From positions 140,246,001-140,310,000 of the forward strand of contig NC_058368.1 of NCBI RefSeq assembly GCF_018350175.1: 64,000 bases of DNA, read 5' to 3'. How positions within the stretch are numbered: position 1 is the stretch's first letter; the number at the start of each line of letters is the position of its first letter. This stretch comes from Felis catus (taxonomy: Eukaryota). The position numbers were made by a program, and so were the translations under genes. Shown one piece after another: positions 13,869-26,410 of this stretch. Below the pieces are notes generated by a model. It saw only the letters and a list, made by a program, of their open reading frames with translations, did no database searches and had not been told where the DNA came from.

Positions 13869-14049
13869 GCAGCATAGTGTACCTCGGGATGATGGCAGGG
13901 GCTTTCTTCTGGGGAGGACTGGCAGACAAAGTGGGGAGGAAGCAGTCTCTTTTGATCTGCATGTCTATCAACGGATTTTTTGCCTTCCTTTCATCCTTTG
14001 TCCAAGGTTATGGATTTTTTCTCTTCTGTCGCTTACTTTCTGGATTCGG
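13869..14049 (+). CDS. SV2C: SV2C internal coding exon (probably exon 3), 181 nt; TM segments and MFS motif A
   Basis: Polypyrimidine tract and acceptor ttgcag|GC at 13868/13869; donor GG|gtaagg at 14049/14050. Translates (G)SIVYLGMMAGAFFWGGLADKVGRKQSLLICMSINGFFAFLSSFVQGYGFFLFCRLLSGF(G), matching SV2C as I recall it and containing MFS motif A (GGLADKVGRK). Exon number is inferred from the human gene. Confidence 0.95.
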
Positions 14050-14579
14050 GTAAGGTTTTTTCCTTCATATTTTATAGCAATATGTTTATTCTTCATAATT
14101 GTGTACGTTTTCCACTCTAGAGGACCTCATTACTGAAAAATTATCTCTTAAGAACTGCAGTATTGGTTCTTAGAAATATAATTATCGACCTGTAAGTACA
14201 GGAGAGAAGAGAGAATACATCTATGTTCTAGTGGCTGATTCTTTTAGTATTTTACTTCCAGGAAATGGTTTTACTCTAAGTGGAATCTATGTCAGAATGC
14301 ATTCATAAGTGCTTTTTCTTCTGAAAATTTAATTTAAGCAAGAAATAGCTAAGGTCCTACCTATTATGAGCTAGTTAAAGGTTCACACCATTCAGGCTTG
14401 CTCTTAAATCCAGTATGAGTGTGTCTCAAGCAAATGTTATTTTATTGATCTATGCTAACAACGTATTTAACTTGGTAGGAAGTCTTACTTCTTGAGATGT
14501 AATACATTCTTTTTATAAGTTCCTGATTTTTACTGAATTAACAGAAGTTGTGTTGTTAGCCAAGTGCAATGGCATAGTA

Positions 14580-14748
14580 CCATAGCTCCCCCTTCTCCAT
14601 GGGGGATACATTCCAAAATCCCCAGGTGATGCCTGAAATTGCCGATAGTACTGAACCCTGTATGTGCTAGGTTATTTTTTTATGTATGTATGTATGTATG
14701 TGTATGTGTGTGTGTGTATATATATATATATGTGTGTGTGTGTATATA

Positions 14749-14815
<67 letters not shown>

Positions 14816-15172
14816 AAGTTTAACTTACCAATTAGGCACAGTAAGAGATTAACAACAATACTGATAAAAATAGAACAGTTATAACAATATACTGTAATGA
14901 AAGTTATGTGAATATTCTCTCTGAAAATATCCTATTGTACCGTACTCTCTCCTCTTCTTGTGATGATGTGAGATGATAAAATGCTCACATGATGAGATGA
15001 GGTGAGGTGAATGATGTAGCCATTGTGATGTAGTGTTAGGCTACTATTGACCTTCTGATGATGAGTCAGAAGGAAGATTGTCTGCTTCTGGACTGCAGTT
15101 GACCACGAGGAACTGATAGCACAAGTAACTGAAACTGGGGAAAGTGAAATTGCAGATAATGAGGGACAGCCG
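14580..15172 (-). mobile_element. MER44B-like (Tigger7 family) DNA transposon
   Basis: Ends ...ctcccccttctccatgggggatacattcc and ...gcagataatgagggacagccg, flanked by TA on both sides; internal sequence follows MER44. Confidence 0.75.
14681..14812. repeat. Compound (TATG)/(TG)/(TA)24 microsatellite
   Basis: Read directly; pure TA at 14765-14812. Confidence 0.95.
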
Positions 15173-16874
15173 TATAGCCAATGGTGGAGCCATTTTCTTT
15201 AAAGAGCTTGAAGCACATGTTACTACCCTAAGTGAATCCACAGCTTAGGAAAACCCAACAGCTTAATTAGGAGAGTCCAAGATACTCTGCTTCAACAAGG
15301 AAAATAATAGTAAAAATACAAAGTTTCTGTTTGAGAACTTTATTTTCGCTAGAGACGTTCTTTCTGAGGTATCTGTCACAAGATGAATCTATAGGAATAA
15401 CATAAAATAAAAGTAAATAACTGAATAAAGGAAAGGAGACAGTCCTGGGTTAGGAATTTGAGAAGCATATTAGTTGTGGTTGTTGGTGAGAGTGGTACCC
15501 ACACAGGAAAACACAGTTTTGCCAAAAGAGAAGATCAAAGAGCTACATTAGGTCTTCCTTAATTACATAAAGTAGTGCTTTAAAATCACAGCTAAAATAA
15601 AGAGAAACATAAGGCATCAGAGGGAAAGACTGTATAACTGGTTACTTCAAGAGTTCAAAGATTTCCACATGTAGACTAATGCATCCCTTTTATAACTCAT
15701 TCAAAATATTTGACTTTTGCATCAGTTTATGCCACAAGATGTGTGTGCATATTGAGATTGGTGGGTTATCCACAGATTTTTCTAATGTGCTCTTTCATCT
15801 TCTTATAGACCTTCATATGCTATGCTCTGCACACAGTGGGCACTTTGCAAATATGTGAGTAACTTGCCCAAATTTCAAGAGCTCTCCTTAGAGTGAAGAC
15901 ATTCCAGTAGATCATTGCAATAAACCAAGAAAATTGGAAAGTTTGGGAAAGTGTAAGAATATTTTTTCCTTGAGAAACAAATTACCAGAATCAATAATTT
16001 GCTTTTTAATGATAGAGCAAGAAGGCCTTTCCTCAGCAGAGGGGACCCTTGGTGCTCAGAGCTCTGTATGATATTGGTGATACACAGGGCAACCTGGGGA
16101 GGTGATTTGGATCATGGATTCAAGGGGCTGCAGCAGACCTAATGCTGAGTGAGCCGGGGTACCTGAGGAAGAACAGGTGTTGTCTGGGGCTATTTGTTTA
16201 AAGGACCTTCTCGGGGTCCATAGGATAAGGCATTTTTGCCACCAGGAAAGGCTAAGTCTCCTTTCTACTTTTTCTTACCAATGTAATACCACAAGCCTTC
16301 CGCGAAAAGGCTAACACCTAAGTTCTGAACCTTCTAGTCCTTTCCATTTACAATCGTATCCAGGAAATTGCAGTGATATCCATGGACTCAAAAGTCCCCG
16401 ACTGTGGTCAAATCATTATAGCAGTTTTAATTGCCAGTTCTGGATTATGACGTGGTCAACCCAATTGACTGCAGAGAAAAGGGCTATTATGGTGGTTGCA
16501 AAATACTCCAGGCTAATGGACTGCCTAGAAGTTAATTCAAGGGCAGTACAGAAGCAGACACTGCCTGGATATATTCAGGATATCATCCTCTTCCCTGTCG
16601 CAGACAAATCATTCCTCAGCCAGCAGTTCAGGGCTGCTGACTTCTAAATAACATAATCTACCTGGCAAAGCACAGTCTGTGTATTGCTAACTCAGCTAGG
16701 CTCCATAAATTGTGATACCAGAGGCTAACGCACTGTGCCTTCGCCAAGTTGGCACAGCGCTGGGAGTCCAGAAATCCAAGTTCACTACACCCTTGCCCTT
16801 TACTGGGACCTTAGGAGAGTCATTCAAGCTTTCCAGCCTGATTCTTCTTTTGTGAAAAGAGATGGAGATTCCCT

Positions 16875-16896
16875 GGGGGGGGGGGGGGGGGCGGGG
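16875..16896 (+). repeat. G17CG4 homopolymer
   Basis: Read directly; follows a MIR-like fragment at about 16760-16870. Confidence 0.9.
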
Positions 16897-17584
16897 AGCT
16901 GAAGGGGAAGTTCAGGTGCAAAACACCCAGAGTTTTGTGGGATCCAGCTGCTGAGGGGGCTGGAGAAATGAAGTTGTTAAGGAAAATGAAGAAAGTTATC
17001 TTTGTTCCTTGGCTGAGTTTATGAGCCATGTCACCTACACACAACATGTGAGACGCTCTCTCTGTGATAGAGGGCTTTTCTCGGCATCTCTCAAGTTCCA
17101 TCTGGACACCCTGATTCACTCTCTGAATCTTTGGGCCAGTTCAGCCAAGGCTCTGCTTTCTCCAGAGATCTTGTAGTTTGTACTTAGTTAAGAGCTCCCA
17201 TCATCCCCATCTGATCTGAGTCCTAAACTGAGTAAAACTAGATGACCAAGGAAATAAGGTTTCAGAAGGTTGGTGTTTTTCTTTCATGAGCCTCTGATGC
17301 TCAGACCTGTCAATGCTCCATGTGTTTCCCAGGACTATGGCTCATGCCATCTTTTCTGCTATCAGAAGTTCTCCCAGAACCCTTAGAGCTCAGGGCATCA
17401 GAAAGACCAGGGCATCCTGAGACCAGCCCTTCCAGTGGCTCTCACTACAGAACCTGCAAATATTTGCTTTTCATGTGTTAATTTCTCTCTTCCTCCAGCT
17501 TGTAAATTCCAAGAGGATGGGGCCTGTCTGCTCAAGGCAAGGTGGGCATCCTTACCTGTAAAGGACACCAGTCCCACCGGTGGT

Positions 17585-18187
17585 TAGACCTGTTGTATTG
17601 GCCACTTGATTGTGGTGTTGCCAGAAGTGAAATAGATAGGAAGCTTGCTATAGTCTTAGTTGGTCTGGATAAGCAGAAGAATTCTAGGTCAAGTGAATGA
17701 AAGCTTAACTTGAATCATAAAAGTCACGAGGCTCAGGAGAGAGTCATGGCCCATCAGTGAATTCCCTGACTTGAGCCAGTTTACAGACCCAGAATGCCTC
17801 AAATAAAGGGGAGATGGTCTCTTCAGGACATTAGTATACTACTGAAACTATGCACTGTTAATCTTTCACTCAGCCTTCCCCAAGAGACTTATGGCCTTTT
17901 GCCAGGGTTACACTGCTGAGGGGAAAGGAGATAATCAGACTTTGGGGGGAGGGGGCTTACTAGGCACTGGCTCTGAAGTGACACTAATTCCAGGAGATCC
18001 AAACTGTCACTGAGGTTCACCAGTCAGAGTAGGGGCTTATGGTGCTTGGGAGATCATGGAGCTGTAGCTCAGGTCCGTCTCAAAGCGGGACCCACGGTAC
18101 CCACTGAATCCATCCTATGGTCATTTCCCAGTTCCAGAATGCATAATTGGAATAGACATCGTCACTGAAAGAATCTCCACATTGGTC
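17585..18187 (+). mobile_element. ERV-L internal remnant (gag C-terminus and protease), decayed
   Basis: cagaagtgaaatagataggaagc...gacttgagccagtttacagacccagaa...; GLLGTGSEVTLIPGDP from 17954 corresponds to the ERV-L protease GLLDTGSELTLIPGDP. Stops and frameshifts present. Confidence 0.8.
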
Positions 18188-18672
18188 TAGCACCTGTCCA
18201 CCAGTTCCACACACTAGGGATTGCAGAGGAGGAAGAGAATGTCTGGGTCATAGGCAGAGCCTTCATTTTGCAGATTTTGGTTCAGTGATGGAACCAGGAA
18301 GACACAGCTAGGACTGAAGTTACAACTTAGTCCTTTTGAACTAGCAACTCTGTACATAAGTAAACTGCATTCTGAATCCAAGGTCAAGATACCTTCCTGT
18401 TGATTTTATTGCAAATGCCACTGGTTGCCAGCTGCTCTGTCTTATTTCATTGCTGAAGCATCGACAGCGCTGTGTTATATTCCTATCTCTGCAGATAAGG
18501 GAGACTGGGAAGGATTACTTCATTTAGCCTGAGGTCTACCTGAGTTTGTGGTTTTATTGCCTTTAAATGTGCTTTCCTCTTAATTTCCCATACCAAGTCA
18601 TGAATATATTTTGTTAGAAACATAAATATGTCCAGCTGCTGTATTTCGTGTGACTTTAAATATTTATTTGGG

Positions 18673-18883
18673 GGGGCGCCTGGGTGGCGCAGTCGGTTAA
18701 GCGTCCGACTTCAGCCAGGTCACGATCTCGCGGTCCGTGAGTTCGAGCCCCGCGTCAGGCTCTGGGCTGATGGCTCAGAGCCTGGAGCCTGTTTCCGATT
18801 CTGTGTCTCCCTCTCTGCCCCTCCCCCGTTCATGCTCTGTCTCTCTCTGTCCCAAAAATAAATAAACGTTGAAAAAAAAATTT
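18673..18883 (+). mobile_element. Young Can-SINE (SINEC_Fc type)
   Basis: CpG-intact head gggcgcctgggtggcgcagtcggttaagcgtccgac; TSD tttaaatatttatttgg / tttaaatatttgttcgg. Confidence 0.95.
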
Positions 18884-19699
18884 AAATATTTGTTCGGTAC
18901 AAAGAATGATTTTCTAGCTGGAGACAACAGTGAGAATGAGGAATAGGGCATCACCAATTATTCATCTGTCTCTCACTTTCCTAAGTGAATCTCACACCAG
19001 GGAATAGACGCTTCCCTCTCCTCTTTTGTTACAGAAAATTAGGAAGAGAGGAAATGGAGTTGACACCACTGATTCATTTTCATTTGCCCCAGAATTAAAT
19101 TATTTGTCTCCAGTCAATGTTAATTATGGGAATTGTAATGCTTCAAATGCTGGGCAACGTCAGAGTTGGGAGCTTCTCACCGAGGGCCTGGCATAAAGGT
19201 CAGGAGGAAAATATAGCAACAGAATCAAAATGAAATTTCTGTGTGTCTGTGTATCAGAGTGAACAAATAGCCATTACTCCTTCTGCAAATGGAGCCTCAC
19301 AAATGCATACTTCAGAGCTACTTTCAATATCCCTCTATTAACTGCATTAGAACCAGAATACCTTCGCTTTGTAGAAATGATCCCCACTAACTGGAATTCT
19401 TCAGTGTTTTATACTGAGCATCTCATTTATTCCCACAACATTTTTAATAAGTAGGTTTGCAAAAATATTATGCTTTTTTTTTTAATTAGAAGCTAGTGGC
19501 ACAGATAGATTAAGCAGCTTCCAAATGTTCACTAGATCCTCAGGTCTTCTGAGTTTTAGTCTCATTCTGAACTGTATAAGATTCTCCCCTTAAAGTAGTC
19601 TTTCTCTTAAGATACATTTTATTTCCTTCTCATATTTGAAAAATGCAGACTCATTTCAAAATTTGCGAAACTCTTAAAATGTGTTTTATCAAATGCCTG

Positions 19700-19931
19700 T
19701 ATGTGCTTGCCCTACAAGAGATGCTATGTTAAGCACTTATAATAATGACTCCCTTAAACCTCATGGTGACCCTATGAAGAAGATACCCTTTATTCTACCC
19801 ATTTTCTAGATAGCGAAATTGAGGCACAGAGAGGTTAAATAACCGTCCAAGGTCACATGGCAAGTTATGCAGTCGTACATAGGCAGTCTGGCTCCAGAAT
19901 CCACGTTTATACCACCAGGCTGCGCTGTCTC
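19700..19931 (-). mobile_element. MIR
   Basis: Core cccattttctagatagcgaaattgaggcacagagaggttaaataac...ccaaggtcaca. Confidence 0.8.
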
Positions 19932-20154
19932 GGATTCAATGAGAAGTATCTCTGATTTCATATGACACAGTGCCCAGTACATGATAGACACTAAATAAAC
20001 ATTTTGAACAAATCAATTCAGAAAGGTTTCTGACCCAGAGAATCAGTACGGAGAACTGTGCTACTGTGAAAGATGAGGCAACAGATTAAATTACTTTTGA
20101 TCCAAAAGTAATCACACACCTGGATTGTGAACAGTAAGTCATTGTTTTCTTAGG

Positions 20155-20468
20155 CCTGTGTTGTCCAACGGGCAGCATGTAACTACCAAGCACTTGAAAT
20201 GCAGCCAGATTGAGATGTGCTGTAAATGCAAAATGCATAACACTGGTTTCAAAGACTTAGCACATATAGAAGGGTGCAAATACCTCATTAATAATTTGTA
20301 TATGGATTACATGTTAAAATGATAATATTTGAACGTATGTTGAGTTAAATTAATATATATATTAAAACTAACTTCAGCTGATTGTTTTCCTCTTTGTCTT
20401 AATATCTTTTCTAGAAAATTTAAAGTTATATATGTGGCTCACATGATACTTCTTTCGGAAGGCACTAT
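20155..20468. mobile_element. MER33 hAT MITE
   Basis: tgttgtccaac...gcacttgaaatg...ttgagatgtgctgtaaatg...tttcaaagacttag...tatgtggctcacat matches MER33. Confidence 0.7.
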
Positions 20469-20641
20469 CTTAGACAATGGCTTATATGAGAATTTCCAAC
20501 ATAAAGGTTGACCTTTTGGACACTTATTTCCCAGTTGCTCTTTGGCAAAGGTTCTGTTGATCCCAAGAAAAATGTAACAGAGCAAAAGGCCTTCCAGACT
20601 TATAGTGTATAATTGTGAGAAATTAGCCATATGTGCTCTTT

Positions 20642-20874
20642 TTTTTTAAATTTTTTTTAACGTTTATTTATTTTTGAGACAGGGAGAGACAGAGCATGAA
20701 CAGGGGAGGGTCAGAGAGAGGGACACAGAATCCGAAGCAGGCTCCAGGCCCTGAGCTGTCAGCACAGAGCCTGACGCGGGGCTCAAACTCACTGACCGCG
20801 AGATCATGACCTGAGCCGAAGTCAGCCGCTTATTAACTGACTGAGCCACCCAGGCGCCCCCCCCCCCCCCCCCC
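20642..20874 (-). mobile_element. Can-SINE with expanded 5' G-run
   Basis: TSD ccatatgtgctcttt on both sides; C18 at 20857-20874. Confidence 0.93.
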
Positions 20875-22999
20875 ATATGTGCTCTTTAGAAAAGACTCTG
20901 TCAGCTCCTTGAGGGCCGGGACTTGTGTTCTTCACATCTGTACCTCCAGCAACCGTGATGTGCTTCGCCCAGAGTCTGGCTGGAGGGGGTGGGGTGGAGG
21001 ACAGGTAAAATGGTAGCTCGGGGAGAGGGTGAGCGGAGGAGTGGATGACTGGATGCACACAGCACGTGACTGGAGAAGTCCACGTGTTTTGTCCTCACTT
21101 CTTACAGATCATCGTAGTGTTCGTCACCACCTTTATTCATGACACTGTTTAGGTGGTCCTGGAATGCGTTCTTCCAGTTCTTTCTAGAACTAGATTAATT
21201 TTGTTTTTCAAGACAGCATTAGAATCCTGATCTACAGCTACACCTCCCCCCCTCCCCCCCTCCCCCCTCCCCCGGGCATAGTATCTGTGCTGCTGTGGAT
21301 GCTATAGGTTCGAGGGCTTAGGGTAGCAACCTGATTGCAAACGAGGGCTAAGAGAGTTGTACTGAAGCTGTTTTCTTAGAAACACATCTTTTATCCAAAT
21401 TAGATATTTACGTCTCAATATTTTTTAAAATAGTCAAGGTTTCTACCAATTATTCTATCCATACTTTACATAATATTGAGAAAATAACAACTGCCCACAT
21501 CAAAGAATATGAGTTTTTGTTTAAATCTGTGGCTTTGGAGAGTGGAAAACTAGAGGTACCCAAACCACACATCCTTTAGCACTGCCCCTGGGTATGGGAG
21601 ATTCCCATTCTTGATTTGATGACTGGTTCGGTTACCAGTAAGTGTTCTCCTGTTTCTATCTTGAGTACTCGTAATGAACAGGTGCTTTCTAATTGATGCA
21701 GCAATCTCATTTTCTGTGTGAACGCAGCCCATTCAGAAACCATTAGATCTGTATTCTTTTCTCTAAGCCTCTGTAGTAGTCTGTTTGCTTTCATGAAAAG
21801 GAAGTCACTGCAAAGTCCTTCTTCAGGACTGCTGCTTTAATTGTTTATTTCTGGGTCCAATTCAATAAAGCATAATGAATTGGTTCTGAATTGCTGTGCA
21901 ATTTGCCTGGCAGTTCATTGTCGTTGATTTTCATTTTTTTGTTGATTCTGAGTGAAGATTAAAAGGATATTTTCATGCAACTTTCTTGTAATTGTACAGA
22001 CTATACCCAGTATAGACTTCACCATTCAGTATTCTTTTTATAAGCCCATAATACCCATCTTAGTAAATGCTGTCAGAGTCAGCTCGGGTAGACTTCACCC
22101 TCTGCATATTATCAGTATGGAGCATGTGACTTTACAGTGCATATTAAACTTCCTCCTGAATTCTGTCCTCACCTAATGCCCCATTTCCCGGTGGAAATGG
22201 AAGATGGAAGATTGAGGTGAAGGACCATTTGACAATCACACGGTGAAATAAGTTAGAATGAAATTATTCTTTGTTACATGCTTACTGGGGAATTAGAGCA
22301 GAACAGAATTACTCAATAGAATCCCTCCTCAGGACAAGAACTCATCAGACATTCCATAATTTTTCCTCTAAACTGTCATATTTCAAGCCATTTTAAGTAC
22401 AATTACTCTTTTTATCCATAGCCTCCCTCTTTTATTGCAAAACCCTGAACTCTTCCCTATCTTTGCCTCCGTAGCCAGCCTAAGCCAGTATGATGAGGTA
22501 CAGGGACCAACATAATCTACCATAGCTGCCGTCTGAACTGGACTAGTATGAGGTAAGGCTGTGAAATTTGCAGCCTTAAGATCATCAGGCTTCTCAGTTT
22601 CTCAGTGAAGTATGTGCAGACATTAATATTTGGCATTCCCTTTCATCCTGCTGTGCTAAACTGACTTAACTTATGTGTCTCATATTCCCGACAGAGGAGA
22701 TATTTTGTCTGTAAAGCTGACACACCCTTTGCCGTATACAATATCCCGCTCATGAATTTGCCTTAGATTATTGAGGAAAATAAATGTGTTTCATGATATT
22801 CACAAGATGCCTGGTATTGAGTCACATGTAGACCTTTTGAGGTGGGGTGCGTGTGTATGTGTGTGTGTGTATGTGTGTGTGTGTGTGTGTACACTCACAG
22901 ATGTGGGCACACATGCATGTAGAATGGGGTTGGAGAGTGGTCCCAACTTATTCTAGAATGTGTTTTAACACAGTTTTTTTTTAGCTTCTTTATACTTCT

Positions 23000-23220
23000 T
23001 TTTTTTTTTTTAAGTTTTGAGTGTTTATTTTTGAGATAGAGACAGAGACAGAGCGCAAATGGGGGAAGGGCAGAGAGAGAGGGAGACACAGAATCCAAAG
23101 CAGGCTCCAGGCTCCAAGCTGTCAACACAGAGCCCCACGCGGGGCTAGAACCCAAGAACCATGAGATCATGACCCGAGCCAAAGTTGGATGCCTAGCTGA
23201 CTGAGCCACCCAGGTGCTCC
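23000..23220 (-). mobile_element. Can-SINE
   Basis: TSD agcttctttatacttct / agtttctttatatttct. Confidence 0.92.
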
Positions 23221-23297
23221 AGTTTCTTTATATTTCTATAATTAAAGTTGTAAAAGCCCAACATTAATTACTATTTCTTAAGAATAACTCTAACTCT

Positions 23298-23520
23298 GGG
23301 GCGCCTGGGTGGCTCAGTTGGTTGACCGTCCGGCTTCAGCTCGGGTCACGATCTCGCGGTCCGCGAGTTCGAGCCCCGCATCGGGCTCTGGGCTGATGGC
23401 TCAGAGCCTGGAGCCTGCTTCGGAATCTGTGTCTCCCTCTCTCTCTGATCCTCTCCCGTTCATGCTCTGTCTCTCTCTGTCTCAAAAATAAATAAACATT
23501 AAAAAAAAATTAAAAAAAAA
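23298..23520 (+). mobile_element. Can-SINE (fairly young)
   Basis: TSD agaataactctaactct / agaataactccaactct. Confidence 0.95.
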
Positions 23521-23839
23521 GAATAACTCCAACTCTGAAATTCCAAATATCAATTCTTTCAGCTGTGTCAATTCAATTTTGTTTTAATCTGGCTAATATT
23601 CCACCTATATAGAGTGTGGATTTCAATTATTATTCCCTCTAAGTCTCCTATTACCAAATATAATTAAGATTTGACCCTTTTTGACAGCTAATAAAATAGA
23701 TTCAATATCTGATCCTGAGAAAGTCTTTATAAACCATCTTGATCTGTTTGCTTCATTTATGTAAACATGCCATCAAATATGAATTTTGAGAAAACTTCAA
23801 CAGTAGTTAATTGACCATTATATAATGAACAATAAAAAG

Positions 23840-24053
23840 GGGGCATCTGGGTGACTCAGTTGGTTGAACGTCTGACTCTTAATTTCAGCTCAAGTCATCA
23901 TCTCACAGTTCGTGGGATTGAGCCGTGGATCAGGCTCTGCACTGACAAGCACGGAGCATGCTTGGGATTCTCTCTGCCCCTCCCCTGCTCATGCTTACAT
24001 GCTCAAGTGTGCACGTGCTGTCTGTCTCTGTCTCTCTCTCTCAAAAAAAAAAA
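23840..24053 (+). mobile_element. Can-SINE (older subfamily)
   Basis: ggggcatctgggtgactcagttgg head, CT block and A tail. Confidence 0.88.
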
Positions 24054-24178
24054 GGTCTCCATGCTAACTGGATTTAGAAATGTATTGCACATCAGATAAT
24101 GTAAAAGATAACCATCTCATGCCTTATCTTATGGATTTTTAGTATAAAACAAGTTATCATTTCATTAAATCCCCATTA

Positions 24179-24386
24179 CAAGAGTTTCTCAACCTCAACA
24201 CTATTAATATTTTGGAATGGATAATTCTTTGTTGTGAATAACTGGCTTGTGTATTTTAGGATTCTTAGCAGCATCCCTGGCCTCTACTTACTATATGCCA
24301 ATAGCACCTCCTGAGTTGTGAACAACTAGAAATGTATCCAGACATTGCCGAATGCCTGTTGAGAGACTGGTGAACACAACCCACTG
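24179..24386. mobile_element. MER20 hAT MITE
   Basis: tttctcaacctcaacactattaatatttt...agcagcatccctggcctctac...ccagacattgcc matches MER20. Confidence 0.8.
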
Positions 24387-24491
24387 TATTTAACAGCAGC
24401 TGATACATGGGAATTTGAGAACTTCCATTTAAATATTTGTTATCTTCTCATGTATTCTCAGAAATTGTATCTTGATACAATAAAACAATTA

Positions 24492-24706
24492 TTTTTTTTT
24501 CAACATTTATTTATTTTTTGGGGGACAGAGAGAGACAGAGTATGAACGGGGGAGGGGCAGAGAGAGAGGGAGACACAGAATCAGAAACAGGCTCCAGGCT
24601 CTGAGCCATCAGCCCAGAGCCCGACGCGGGGCTCGAACTCACGGACCGCGAGATCGTGACCTGGCTGAAGTCGGATGCTTAACCAACTGTGCCACCCAGG
24701 CGCCCC
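24492..24706 (-). mobile_element. Young Can-SINE (SINEC_Fc type)
   Basis: Perfect 16-bp TSD tacaataaaacaatta (24476-24491 / 24707-24722). Confidence 0.95.
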
Positions 24707-26180
24707 TACAATAAAACAATTAAAGAAATACATTAGCCCCTCATACAAAGTATTGAACTATTGATACAGAGTAATAATGAAAAATTTTCTTTCTTTTCTT
24801 TATTTTATTATTATTTTTTTTTTACTTATAAAAAAGGAAGGGGGACAGCTTTTTCTTATCCTCAACACTTCCAGGAACAAAATCATATTGTAAGACATGA
24901 ACACTTGTGCTTTCTCTCTTACCTAAACTTGTATTGTTGTTGGTAATTCTAGCATTCTGCAGCCCTTTTCTGAAAGGTACCAAGGTATTTTAGAAGCTCC
25001 CAGAGTGCCCAAGAGGATTGCACAGTGTCTTATGCCCAGAGGTTCCAAGCGACTCTTCTCACCAGGGGACCTGGTCAAGAGGTGACCATGGAAATTCAGA
25101 TATGCAGTAATTTCAGGAGCTCTGTGGGGACTTTATTGCTATCAGAACTTCCATCCCAGCACCCACGACTTCTCTTATGGTTGTACTGACCCAAAACATA
25201 AGATGTATCTTTTAATTCATGGGAGATGTTTAGGTCATCAGAACAAGTTTCTCCAGAAGGTTTGGAGTGGCACCTCCATCAGCAGAGAGGCTTCATGAAA
25301 TACAGCTCTTCTGAGGAACACTTAGTGCATGTCCAGTGGGCCAGGTAATGGGGATTCAAAGATGAATGGAATATAGTCCTCACCTTCAGGGAACCTTCAC
25401 TCTGATGTGAATAATGTTTAAGACCTCTGATGGAGTATGAAATACGAGTAATAGTTAACATTACCACATGCTCTAATGGGGTTTTTTTCCGCTTAAAGAA
25501 CATGATAGTAACAGGAGGAGTGAGATTTTCCCTAAAATGGATGATCAGCCGCAGTAGGAAGTGTGAATGCTTGGATTGTTTTGTAGGTCTCTGAATCTGA
25601 AGAACTTTGCAAAGGATTTGAATAGACTCCCTCTCTCATTCTTCAGACTCATCTATCTATTGATATTAGAGTTCCTTGCAGTCTGCTTTGCATACAGATA
25701 TTGAGAGACATCCATGCAAAAATAACCACCTTAAAAAGAGACATTGAATCAAAAGCACCTGGATTGCTCATGTGCCCCTAAAAGTTGGTATTCTCTTATG
25801 CAACAGTAATTTGTTTAAAACTAACAGGCAAGTTTACTGTTTTCCGCTTGCCATTTTAGTCACCCTGGAGTACATTTATCTTGGTTCAGAGTGGCCTGGC
25901 ATATCTTAACATTCAGTTGTTCCTTCATGAAATGTGAGTTATAGCTCTTCCATATGGAATGTCCAGAATCCTGATGAAACATTAATTAGGATGTGAAAAG
26001 TCAATAAAAACCGAGACTCTTTATGCATTGCGAAGTGAAGGCATAGATTAGGGGCCTGGGCCTTTATGGTGCAGAGAAACGGATCCTTCACATCAAATTT
26101 AAAAGGAGTAGTGTTAAGTGATTGATGACACGGCCATTTTATTTCCTACCGAAACTGTGTGTTATAATGAAACCACTTTA

Positions 26181-26410
26181 TTTATTTTTTTTTTTATAAT
26201 TTTTTTTTCAACGTTTATTTATTTTCGGGACAGAGAGAGACAGAGCATGAACGGGGGAGGGACAGAGAGAGAGGGAGACACAGAATCGGAAACAGGCTCC
26301 AGGCTCTGAGCCATCAGCCCAGAGCCTGACGCTGGGCTCGAACTTAGGACCGCGAGATCGTGACCTGGCTGAAGTCGGACGCTTAACCGACTGCGCCACC
26401 CAGGCGCCCC
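26181..26410 (-). mobile_element. Young Can-SINE (SINEC_Fc type)
   Basis: Perfect 14-bp TSD atgaaaccacttta (26167-26180 / 26411-26424). Confidence 0.95.

Noticed and set aside
13796..14053. 85-aa ORF as a stand-alone gene
   Set aside because: It is the SV2C exon plus intronic read-through; splice sites define the real boundaries.
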